A stretch of 24,174 nt of DNA from an uncultured archaeon (GTDB taxonomy: Archaea; Asgardarchaeota; Lokiarchaeia; Sigyniarchaeales; SOKP01): positions 1 through 24,174 of the forward strand of contig CAZOYD010000053.1 of assembly GCA_964583985.1 (NCBI GenBank). Direction: 5' to 3'. Within the stretch, counting starts at the first letter, position 1, and every line of letters starts with the position of its first letter. The position numbers and the translations under genes were made by a program. The notes beneath the pieces are model-generated. The model did no database searches, was not told the origin of the DNA, and saw only the letters and a list, made by a program, of their open reading frames with translations. Shown piece after piece: positions 1 through 8,291 of the stretch.

Positions 1-649
1 AATTGCTTCCTGCATCACGCATAGCTTTAGTTCCAATTCCCGCAATTTCATTTTCCGTGAAAAATTTTCCCGTTGGGCGTTCAGATAATGCCACTTTTAC
101 GGCTTTTTGACCGATATCTGTTATTCTGCTTGCTTCTCTTAACATCGCTATTTCCTCTGGTTCTTTAATGAATTGAATACGTTCAGTTTTATCATTAAAA
201 TCTATCAATTCACATCCAGGAAATAGCATCTTCAATTGTTCTGCCTCTGTATAAGATAACATTTGTCCGGTAACACAAATATCTACGCCTAATTCCACAC
301 CAATTCTAGGGGGTTTGCCTTTTGGATTAAAAACCCCGCTTTTTTTTGCTGCACTTTGCACTTTTTTTTCCCAATAAAAGCCTTTCATCGGACCCCAACC
401 ACTTACTTTTTTCAATGCTGATTCTGCTTTAACACGTTCAACATCCAAAAGCACGGTAAACAACTCTGGATCTCCTTGATCTTCCCTTGGAAGGAATATA
501 TAACTTTTCCAAGGGACAAAACATCCCGAAAGATATGTGATAGACTTGACACGGGTTAACAAGCAAAAATTTAAGTTCAAATCTTCCATTGCTGCTTGAT
601 ATTTTTTCGCATGACCTTCCCAATCTATTTTAATCTCACTCATTTTCAT
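1..649 (-). CDS. M24 family Xaa-Pro peptidase/creatinase-like protein, N-terminal part (runs off the left edge; not in ORF track)
   Basis: Manual translation from ATG 649 (or 643) is open to the edge: MKMSEIKIDWEGHAKKYQAAMEDLNLNFCLLTRVKSITYLSG...RIGVE...IQFIKEPEEIAMLREASRITDIGQKAV...TENEIAG. It shows the creatinase-N pattern (ITYLSG) and the IKxxEEIxxxREA start of the M24 catalytic domain. Confidence 0.85.
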   Translation of the reverse strand, partial: MKMSEIKIDWEGHAKKYQAAMEDLNLNFCLLTRVKSITYLSGCFVPWKSYIFLPREDQGDPELFTVLLDVERVKAESALKKVSGWGPMKGFYWEKKVQSAAKKSGVFNPKGKPPRIGVELGVDICVTGQMLSYTEAEQLKMLFPGCELIDFNDKTERIQFIKEPEEIAMLREASRITDIGQKAVKVALSERPTGKFFTENEIAGIGTKAMRDAGSN

Positions 650-745
650 TCAATTTGCAATGTATATAATTATATACTAGCAAACGAAATTAATAAAATT
701 AGTAGCTTAATGGAAATTTGTCAAAATACTCTGTGTAAAAAGAGA

Positions 746-3031
746 TTATTTGTAGAAATCACCAGAACTTTCATCAAGATTCCGAGATTCAGTTATAATT
801 TTTGCCATTTCTTCATAACGTTGAACAACACTTTGAGTTAATGTCGATTTGATTCTATTTAAAGAAAGTTCAAAGTGTCGATATTCTATTTTATCAAAAT
901 CATACATTTTTTCTCGAATTGCTTCCATTCCAGCCTCTCGACATAGATTTTCTATATCCGCACCACTATACCCTTCTGTGACTTGAGCAATATGTTTCAA
1001 CGAGACATCATCTGCTAATGGCATATCTTTTGTATGTACTTTTAGTATCTTTTCTCGTGATACCAGATCTGGAGCGGTGACATAGAGTAATCGATCCAAC
1101 CGTCCGGGACGTAATAATGCTGAATCAACCATATCTGGGCGATTTGTACTTGCAATAACAACAACTCCCTTTCGATTTTCAATGCCATCCATTTCAACTA
1201 GAATTTGATTCACTATAGAATCTCTAAGTGAAGTAGTTTCATTAGCTCCCCTAACTGTACTAATTGCATCAAGTTCATCAAAATAGATGATTGAAGGAGC
1301 TGCCTGACGAGCCTTTCGAAAAATATTTCTTACAAATTTTTCACTTTCTCCCACAAATTTAGAAAATACCTCGGGACCTTTAACGGTAATAAAATTGCTG
1401 TTGGTTTCAGTAGCTATTGCTTTTGCTAAAAGAGTCTTTCCACACCCAGGAGGACCAAATAATAAAATCCCATTCAAGGGGCGTATGCCAGCTCTTTCGA
1501 ATAATTCTTTATGAAGCAATGGCCATTCAACTGCTTCTTTTAATTCTTGTTTAATTTCTTCTAAACCACCAACATCATCCCATTTGATGTTTGGAATTTC
1601 AATCATTACTTCTCTCATTGCAGAAGGTTCAATTAAATTAACAGCTTGAGCAAAATCATCATCAGCTATATTTAATTCTTGAATGATATCGGATGGAATT
1701 GGTTCATCTAAATTAATTTTAGGTAATATTCTTCGCAATGCAAACATTGCCGCTTCTCTACTTACTGCCATTAGATCTGCTCCTGCAAACCCATGTGTTA
1801 TCTCGGCATAGTGATCTAAACTTACATTATCTTCTAAAGGCATGCCTCTTGTATGAATTTGCAAAATTTCTTTCCTTTCTTTTGCATTTGGCACACCAAA
1901 TTCAATTTCTCGATCAAATCTGCCAGGACGTCTTAAAGCTTCATCAATTGCATTAATTCTATTTGTAGCGCCAATACAAATGATCTCACCCCTTCCTTGT
2001 AATCCATCCATCAATGAAAGTAATTGTGAAACAACGCGTCTCTCCACCTCTCCAGAAGTATCAACTCTTTTAGGTGCTATAGAATCAATCTCATCAATAA
2101 AAATAATCGATGGGGCCAAATTCTCTGCTTCTTCGAATATTTTTCTTAATCTTCCTTCACTCGCTCCATAAAACTTACTCATGATTTCGGGACCATTAAT
2201 TGTGATGAAGTGAGCATTTGATTCTTGGGATACAGCCTTAGCCATCAAAGTCTTTCCTGTTCCTGATGGACCATAAAACAACACTCCTTTGGGCGGATCT
2301 ATGTTTAATCTATGAAATAACTCGGGATGTTTTAATGGTAGTTCTACCATTTCTCTAATTCTTTGAATCTCATCACTTAATCCCCCTATATCATCATATG
2401 TAACGACTCCTCCAGACACATTTAAAACCGCTACTCTCTTATTAACTTTTATTCTAGTATCACGAGTAATTTTTACTACTTTATCTGATGGAATGCTGTC
2501 TTCTACAATCAAACGTAAAGTGCCTAATACAGGCTTTCTCTTCTGATTCCGAAGCATGGGCATCATTTTCATTATTTCATTCATGGCATTATCAGAATCG
2601 TCGTTTTGGTATACTTCTCCCAAAACTTCGATAATATCGCCGATAACCACTGGTTTATCAATCAATTTAGCTTTGATCGCTTCTCCTTGTTTTTTCAAAT
2701 CTAAATTTGCTTTTGTAGGAGTTAAAATTATTTCTTCAGCTGCATATACTTTTGCTAATTTGATTGAAACAAATTCCCCAATCGTTGCTCCCGCATTAAG
2801 TCGTTGGAGTCCATCTAACCTAATGATGGATTTGCCTTTATCAATGACGCTCGAGACAACAATTCCAGTGGTTTTTTTTTTCCCACTAATTTCAATTATA
2901 TTTCCTGTTGTTAATCCCAAAACATCAATTATGTCAGGATCAATATAGCATAAAGAACGCCCGCTTCGACTTTTTTCGAGCTCTTCTATTCTCACTTTAA
3001 TATCTTTTAGTCTTTCTGGATTTGAAGGCAT
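746..3031 (-). CDS. cdc48: Cdc48/VCP/p97 family AAA+ ATPase
   Basis: N-domain plus two AAA modules: Walker A GPSGTGKT and GPPGCGKT, Walker B IIFIDEID and IIYFDELD, SRH ALRRPGRFDRE and ALLRPGRLDR. C-terminus is ...GDFYK (HbYX). ATG 3031 (MPSNPER) is preferred over GTG 3046. Confidence 0.97.
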   Translation of the reverse strand: MPSNPERLKDIKVRIEELEKSRSGRSLCYIDPDIIDVLGLTTGNIIEISGKKKTTGIVVSSVIDKGKSIIRLDGLQRLNAGATIGEFVSIKLAKVYAAEEIILTPTKANLDLKKQGEAIKAKLIDKPVVIGDIIEVLGEVYQNDDSDNAMNEIMKMMPMLRNQKRKPVLGTLRLIVEDSIPSDKVVKITRDTRIKVNKRVAVLNVSGGVVTYDDIGGLSDEIQRIREMVELPLKHPELFHRLNIDPPKGVLFYGPSGTGKTLMAKAVSQESNAHFITINGPEIMSKFYGASEGRLRKIFEEAENLAPSIIFIDEIDSIAPKRVDTSGEVERRVVSQLLSLMDGLQGRGEIICIGATNRINAIDEALRRPGRFDREIEFGVPNAKERKEILQIHTRGMPLEDNVSLDHYAEITHGFAGADLMAVSREAAMFALRRILPKINLDEPIPSDIIQELNIADDDFAQAVNLIEPSAMREVMIEIPNIKWDDVGGLEEIKQELKEAVEWPLLHKELFERAGIRPLNGILLFGPPGCGKTLLAKAIATETNSNFITVKGPEVFSKFVGESEKFVRNIFRKARQAAPSIIYFDELDAISTVRGANETTSLRDSIVNQILVEMDGIENRKGVVVIASTNRPDMVDSALLRPGRLDRLLYVTAPDLVSREKILKVHTKDMPLADDVSLKHIAQVTEGYSGADIENLCREAGMEAIREKMYDFDKIEYRHFELSLNRIKSTLTQSVVQRYEEMAKIITESRNLDESSGDFYK

Positions 3032-3174
3032 AATAAATCTTTTCACTTTTTGGTTTTTGATAATAGTTAATGTTATTAAATGATCAAAAAGATAGATCCA
3101 AATTCAGATTAATAAAATCATTTCTACTTTATTTTCTTTGCCCTTAATTTTAATAAATTATGATATCAAAACAA

Positions 3175-3975
3175 TCAAATATAATCAATGTTTAAAGCTT
3201 TTTTCAGAAATTCCATAAAATCTCTTGAAAAATCTACTTCAGAATTTATATCTTCCATCCTTTCTTTTATATACATCTTCCGAAGGTTTAATAATCTCCT
3301 TTTTAAATGGTGATATTCTTGATTCCTTAAAAAGCTCCCAACAATTCTCCGTGTAATGAGTTCAAGCTTATCTTTGGACTCTCTTTTTAATTTCTTCATT
3401 TCAGAGGTTTTTTTTTTCATATTCAAATATCTCAATTTCGTCTCAATCTGCGTAATTGCCAATGATATTGTCTTTTGAACATTTGCGGTGCTTAAGTCAC
3501 ACGATATCGTAGGTTTATCCCAACTATAATTATCGAAAGAATCAAATTTTTCATTAATCCTTTGAACTACTTCATTTGGTATTGGAGAACCTCTTTCCAT
3601 GTTCCACTTTAAACAAGTTTCGATTGGAGTTGAGATATGTATTATAAAAAACGGTATGTGAAATTCCTCAGCGATTTCCTTTATATCGTGTCTCATGCTT
3701 GTATAGTAATTTAGATCATCACATATCACGATATCCTCCTGTGCTACTGCTTCCTTAATCATTTTTAAATAATTAGTTCTTACGGAGCGTTCATCTTCAT
3801 GATTAAATGGTTGAGGGAAAATGTCATTTCGTATATTATCTGGATCAATAATTTTGACATTAAAAGCCGGTGCTATGGATTGCAAAGCTTTTTTCATCAA
3901 ATTAGCAAAATAAGATTTTCCTGCTGCTGGTAGACCAGCTAATATTAGTAAAAAATGATGTTTAATCAATCGCAT
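3175..3975 (-). CDS. pstK: L-seryl-tRNA(Sec) kinase (PSTK; Kti12/PSTK family)
   Basis: P-loop GLPAAGKS, DxIR (DNIR), DDLNYYTSMR, WNMERGSPIPNEVV, KFD..Y.WDKP and a C-terminal helical domain (DKLELITRRIV...LRKMY), matching archaeal PSTK. Start uncertain (3987 TTG, 3975 ATG or 3969 TTG). Confidence 0.88.
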   Translation of the reverse strand: MRLIKHHFLLILAGLPAAGKSYFANLMKKALQSIAPAFNVKIIDPDNIRNDIFPQPFNHEDERSVRTNYLKMIKEAVAQEDIVICDDLNYYTSMRHDIKEIAEEFHIPFFIIHISTPIETCLKWNMERGSPIPNEVVQRINEKFDSFDNYSWDKPTISCDLSTANVQKTISLAITQIETKLRYLNMKKKTSEMKKLKRESKDKLELITRRIVGSFLRNQEYHHLKRRLLNLRKMYIKERMEDINSEVDFSRDFMEFLKKALNIDYI

Positions 3976-4243
3976 CCTCGGATTCAATCGCTATTTTAAT
4001 TAAACGAAACTTTTCTCTTCTTGAAAAGGTTTTAATTTCTAATTCCCGTTTCATGGCTTCTTTCCTATCCATATAGGTTTCAAAATACTTTAATTCTACT
4101 TTCTTACCCCTACAAAATTTGGCTCCTCGACCATTTTTATGTTCCTCTAATCTTCGCTTCAAATTATTTGTATAACCCGTATAAAATCTTTTCTTATTAT
4201 TTTTTCCAATCGTTTCTAAAATATAGACGTAATAGAAGGTCAT
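3962..4243 (-). CDS. GIY-YIG nuclease family protein (UPF0213/YhbQ-like)
   Basis: YYVYIL...FYTGYTNNLKRRLEEHKNGRGAKF...EAMKRELEIK. Its stop overlaps the pstK start region. Confidence 0.92.
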   Translation of the reverse strand: MTFYYVYILETIGKNNKKRFYTGYTNNLKRRLEEHKNGRGAKFCRGKKVELKYFETYMDRKEAMKRELEIKTFSRREKFRLIKIAIESEDAID

Positions 4244-4409
4244 CTATTCTTCCCTACATAAAATTACTTATCGTTCTATTTATTTTTTTTTAAAAAATAC
4301 AAGATTAATAGAAATTTCAATCTGTGGATATGAATCAAATTAACTTTTTTTAAATTAAATTTATTAATGCTAATTTTTATAATTTAGAAGAAGGAATATA
4401 GGAAGATCA

Positions 4410-4415
4410 AGGTGA
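4410..4415 (+). promoter_or_regulatory. Shine-Dalgarno-like AGGTGA
   Basis: AGGTGA is complementary to the archaeal 16S 3' end and lies 6 nt before the in-frame ATT at 4422. Confidence 0.55.
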
Positions 4416-4421
4416 GAGTTT

Positions 4422-5057
4422 ATTCCAATAGGAATATTTCTGATTAAATGGGATGAGATCATTGGTGGGACAATCTACTTGAAATATCCAGAAGATTTTG
4501 AAATTCCTACTAACATTGTCCAACAAATCCAAATCTCTCATAATTTTGTCGAAAGTTATATTACCATTGAAGAAAAAAATTGGAATTCAATTTCTTATTA
4601 TAATGAAAATAAAGAAATAGTAATAGTATTAGTTTTAGATAGGTATGATGATGCTTCGGATTATACTGTCATACTTGATGAATTTAAAAAAGAACTCGAC
4701 TTGGATATAGAAGAAGATAGACTAAAGAAACATCTCAAGGAAAAATATGATTTATCATTAAAGGTTTTTAGAACTCGGGATGAAGTGATCTCTAAACTCA
4801 GCAATGAAGTCGCACAACTTAAAACTTTTGAATATGATTGGAGAAAAAGATTTGAAAAAATAGCCAAATCAGATCATTTGAAAGTTAAAAGTAAAATACA
4901 GTTTTTGTTAGCTATAAATGAAGAGATGGAATATTGTGAAATCTGTAAAAATATTAATACTAGTAAAAATTGGATAAATTCTGTTCTTAAAACATTGATG
5001 AAAAATAAAATTATTGGATATAATCACCAAAAAGATTCATATTATTTACAATTTTAA
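4422..5057 (+). CDS. Longin/uDENN-like N-terminal domain + coiled coil + C-terminal winged-HTH protein (probable ATT start at 4422)
   Basis: The frame is open upstream of the track start (TTG 4479) back to TGA 4413 and reads IPIGIFLIKWDEIIGGTIYLKYPE, a longin/uDENN-type N-terminal beta-hairpin. The middle is heptad-like (DEVISKLSNEVAQLK). The C-terminus KSKIQFLLAINEEMEYCEICKNINTSKNWINSVLKTLMKNKIIGY looks like a wHTH. Confidence 0.7.
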   Translation: MPIGIFLIKWDEIIGGTIYLKYPEDFEIPTNIVQQIQISHNFVESYITIEEKNWNSISYYNENKEIVIVLVLDRYDDASDYTVILDEFKKELDLDIEEDRLKKHLKEKYDLSLKVFRTRDEVISKLSNEVAQLKTFEYDWRKRFEKIAKSDHLKVKSKIQFLLAINEEMEYCEICKNINTSKNWINSVLKTLMKNKIIGYNHQKDSYYLQF

Positions 5058-5197
5058 GCAAATCTTGTCTTTAAAACGTTCATCCTTCATATTACAGTAT
5101 CTTATTAATAGTTATAGTTCTTCGACAATATTAGTTAAAATTCATTAAAAGACAATAAGGTTTTTTATTTATCAACATTTCAAATACTCGATTAATC

Positions 5198-6331
5198 ATG
5201 AATCTGTCAACTGAGGAACAAAAAGAAGTCATAAAAGTAATGGAGTCTCAAATGTTAACACTCCTTCACGGAGAATATGTTAAAAAATTTGAGAAGGATT
5301 TCGCCTTGTATCATGGTGTTAAGCATGCAATAGGCATAAATACGGGTACAGCAGCACTTCACATTGCCATTGCAGCATTAGATATCGGTCCGGGAGATGA
5401 AGTAATCGTTCCTCCTTTTACTTTTATAGCGACTGCTAGCTCTATACTCCATAATAATGCAATTCCTATATTTGCTGATATTAATAATAAAACATATACG
5501 CTTGATCCTAAATCCGTGAAAGAAAAAATAACGGATAAAACAAAGGCTATCATACCAGTGCATCTAGCTGGAATCGCAGCGAACATGAATGAATTAAAAG
5601 AATTAGCAAATGATCATGGGATAGCTATTATTGAAGATGCATGTCAATCAATAGGCGCTCGATGCAATCATAAATTGGTTGGCTCTATTGGTGATATCGG
5701 ATGTTTTAGTTTTTATCCTTCGAAAAATATTACCACTGGCGAAGGAGGCATGATCATAACCAATAACGATGACCTTGCTGAACAATGCAGGTTAATTCGA
5801 CATCACGGTGAGCCTTCTTGGTATGTATACAATCGACTCGGTTATAATTATCGAATGACTGAAATCCAAGGTGCAATTGGAGGAGTACAACTGACAAAAA
5901 TAGATGATTTTATCAAAATTAGGAACGAAAATGCCCATTATTTGAGTGAAGGAATTCAAGATCTCGAAGGAATTGATCCGCCATTCGTTCCAAAATATTG
6001 TGACCCGGCCTTCAATTATTGGATTGGACGTATTCATCCCTCGATCATTCACATGAATAAGAATGAATTTTTAAATAAATTTCCCAAGAGCAAAGTGCTT
6101 TACCCAAAACCCCTCTATAAAACTAAATTGTTTCAAGAAAAAATTGCGTACCCTAAAGGATGTCCTTGGTCTTGTCCCTATTACGGCAGAGATATTAGTT
6201 ATACAGATCTACAATTACCAGTTGTAGAACAAGTTACGAATGAAATATTTGCCCTTGACATTCATCCTAACATATCAAGAGAAGACCTTGATGAAAATAT
6301 TGAAACAATGAAAAAGATCGCAGGTAAATGA
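5198..6331 (+). CDS. DegT/DnrJ/EryC1/StrS family PLP-dependent aminotransferase
   Basis: NTGTAALH, GPGDEVIVPPFTFIATA, IIEDACQSIGA, FSFYPSKNITTGEGGMI (PLP lysine), GYNYRMTEIQGAIG. Confidence 0.95.
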   Translation: MNLSTEEQKEVIKVMESQMLTLLHGEYVKKFEKDFALYHGVKHAIGINTGTAALHIAIAALDIGPGDEVIVPPFTFIATASSILHNNAIPIFADINNKTYTLDPKSVKEKITDKTKAIIPVHLAGIAANMNELKELANDHGIAIIEDACQSIGARCNHKLVGSIGDIGCFSFYPSKNITTGEGGMIITNNDDLAEQCRLIRHHGEPSWYVYNRLGYNYRMTEIQGAIGGVQLTKIDDFIKIRNENAHYLSEGIQDLEGIDPPFVPKYCDPAFNYWIGRIHPSIIHMNKNEFLNKFPKSKVLYPKPLYKTKLFQEKIAYPKGCPWSCPYYGRDISYTDLQLPVVEQVTNEIFALDIHPNISREDLDENIETMKKIAGK

Positions 6332-6417
6332 GGAACTGCTTTTTTATTTCATCATAATATGGTGATATCACCTAGATATTATTCTTGAAAATAAACTAAT
6401 GTCGAATTTAATTATTT

Positions 6418-6744
6418 ATGTCGACTACATTAAAAGAAGAGAGATATCTCCAACGATTTCATTCTCTTTATGGGTATAAAATATTGAAAATGTATGGATT
6501 TTTAAATGAATTAAATCTAAAAACCGAAAATCGATATATTTTATGTAATTTTATCGATCAAAACAGTAAGAAATTTGAAACTGAAGGAGACATCTATGAG
6601 AAAAATAATAATTATAGTATAAATCATTTGTTTATATTTGCTATTAACATGGCAAAAAAATATGATTTATTACAAGCATTGTATGAAGGTTACACGGAAA
6701 GTATTCTTGCAATTACTCAAAAAAGAGATATAAATTCTTTTTAA
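6418..6744 (+). CDS. Hypothetical protein (108 aa)
   Basis: ATG-started ORF filling the gap between co-oriented genes, with host-like AT-rich codons. No motif recognised. Confidence 0.7.
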   Translation: MSTTLKEERYLQRFHSLYGYKILKMYGFLNELNLKTENRYILCNFIDQNSKKFETEGDIYEKNNNYSINHLFIFAINMAKKYDLLQALYEGYTESILAITQKRDINSF

Positions 6745-6828
6745 CTTTCTTTAATATCTTAAATGGGGAAATAGTTAATAAGAATAAAATCTATTATCAA
6801 TGTAGTAATTAATATGAATTGATCGAGT

Positions 6829-7356
6829 ATGACTGAACCAAACTATATCATAAAAATCTGTTTGCTTGGTGAAGCAAATGTCGGAAAAACTTCTTTAGTT
6901 TATAGATTTATCGAAAATAAATTTAGAGAGAACTATAAAAGCACGCTAGGAGTAAATCTTCTAAAGAAAGACATGAATATAAAAGGATATGGCGAGGTAG
7001 TAGCGCAAGTATGGGACTTGGGAGGTCAAGAGAGCTTTAAAAGTCTCCGAAAGTTGTATTTAGAAGGTGCAAATGGCGCTCTACTAATTTTTGATGTCAC
7101 GCAAAGTAAAAGCTTTGAAAAATTACGCGATTGGATTCAAGATTTTAAATCAGCTAGAGAAAATGAACCCGTCATATTGATTGGCAATAAAAATGACTTA
7201 AAGGATAAAATTCAAATCTCAAATAAAGATGCTTTACAAATCGCTAAGGAGTTTGACATGAAATTTATTTCTACATCAGCAAAAACTGGAAACAATGTAG
7301 AGGAAGCATTTAATCAAATGATTAAAACCATTTTAGATAAAACCTTAAAAGAATAG
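6829..7356 (+). CDS. Rab/Ras-like small GTPase
   Basis: G1 GEANVGKT, G2 YKSTLG, G3 WDLGGQ, G4 NKND, G5 SAK. No C-terminal Cys prenylation motif. Confidence 0.95.
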   Translation: MTEPNYIIKICLLGEANVGKTSLVYRFIENKFRENYKSTLGVNLLKKDMNIKGYGEVVAQVWDLGGQESFKSLRKLYLEGANGALLIFDVTQSKSFEKLRDWIQDFKSARENEPVILIGNKNDLKDKIQISNKDALQIAKEFDMKFISTSAKTGNNVEEAFNQMIKTILDKTLKE

Positions 7357-7413
7357 CTATTTTCAAATATTTTATATAATACTAGTTCGCTTTCTCCTCA
7401 AGAATTTTAAGTT

Positions 7414-7434
7414 ATTTATAAAGCATTTATAAAT
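7414..7434 (+). promoter_or_regulatory. Tandem TATA-box-like elements upstream of tbp
   Basis: TTTATAAA at 7415-7422 and 7426-7433, forming ATTTATAAA-gca-TTTATAAAT. Confidence 0.35.
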
Positions 7435-7538
7435 GATCTCATATTTACAATAAATTATATCTATAAAATTACTAACTTTTCAAGTTAATTTATTCAATAT
7501 ATAATAAAAATTCAAATCATATTAGGAATTGAAAGAAA

Positions 7539-8216
7539 ATGCCAGAAGAAGAAACTGAAGATTTTGATGAGGAAGAAGAAGATTATGAAGACGAAGAAGA
7601 CGAAGAAGACGAGTCAGAATCTGAAGAAGGCTTAGATTATAAAATTGAAAATGTTGTTGCCACAGTAGTAGTAGAAATAACCCAAAAAATTGATCTTAAT
7701 CAAATAGCCAGAAAACATGCTGATGTAGAATATAATCCAGAACGATTTCCAGGTCTCGTCATGCGAATCGAAAAACCTCGCGCCACGATTTTAATTTTTA
7801 GTACGGGGAAAATGGTGGTCACTGGATTAAGGAAGGCGCGTGAAGCACCAAGGGTTGTGGAAAAGGTCGTAAAAAATATAAGAAAAGCAGGGATTAAGGT
7901 ATCAAATCCTGAAATTACAATACAAAATATCGTAGCTTCGGGCGATTTACACACAAATATCGACCTAAATATGGCTGCGATTGTTATGGAGTTTGCAATG
8001 TATGAACCGGAGGTTTTCCCCGGTTTAATTTACCGTATGCCCGACCCCAAAACGGTATTCTTAATTTTTTCAACGGGACGGATTGTTTGTACTGGCGCCA
8101 AGAAAAAGGAAATTGTTAGGGACGCCGTACGTAAATTAAATCAACAAGTTCGGGAATTAGGAGTCGCTAAGAAGGAGTTAAGCGATAGCGATTACGAGGA
8201 TATAACCTTTATTTAA
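7539..8216 (+). CDS. tbp: TATA-box-binding protein with acidic N-terminal extension
   Basis: Two TBP repeats: IENVVAT...YNPERFPGLVMRIEKPRATILIFSTGKMVVTG and IQNIVAS...YEPEVFPGLIYRMPDPKTVFLIFSTGRIVCTGAK. Confidence 0.98.
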   Translation: MPEEETEDFDEEEEDYEDEEDEEDESESEEGLDYKIENVVATVVVEITQKIDLNQIARKHADVEYNPERFPGLVMRIEKPRATILIFSTGKMVVTGLRKAREAPRVVEKVVKNIRKAGIKVSNPEITIQNIVASGDLHTNIDLNMAAIVMEFAMYEPEVFPGLIYRMPDPKTVFLIFSTGRIVCTGAKKKEIVRDAVRKLNQQVRELGVAKKELSDSDYEDITFI

Positions 8217-8217
8217 A

Positions 8218-8249
8218 TTGTTTTTTTAACTTATTATTTTTTTATTTTT
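8218..8249 (+). terminator. Oligo-T archaeal terminator-like tract after tbp
   Basis: A T7 run followed by further T-runs immediately after the tbp stop. Confidence 0.5.
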
Positions 8250-8291
8250 AAGCTGCAGAATGGCTAACACGTGGTAATGGGGGATCTAAAG

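Noticed and set aside
662-677. Perfect 16-bp palindrome GTATATAATTATATAC upstream of the M24 peptidase
   Set aside because: It is nearly all A/T, and roughly one such palindrome is expected by chance in 24 kb of this composition. An operator role cannot be supported.
2872-3417. T10 homopolymers in cdc48 and pstK as phase-variation or frameshift sites
   Set aside because: Both frames stay intact and encode Lys runs, which are common in AT-rich genes.
3962-4243. GIY-YIG as a homing endonuclease or mobile element
   Set aside because: It is a 93-aa stand-alone UPF0213-type protein with no DNA-binding extension, intron or flanking repeats.
5157-5200. Possible ATC/ATT start extending the first DegT (INISNTRLI-M)
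   Set aside because: The frame is open, but a normal ATG exists at 5198 and the SD evidence is weak. It cannot be supported without orthologs.
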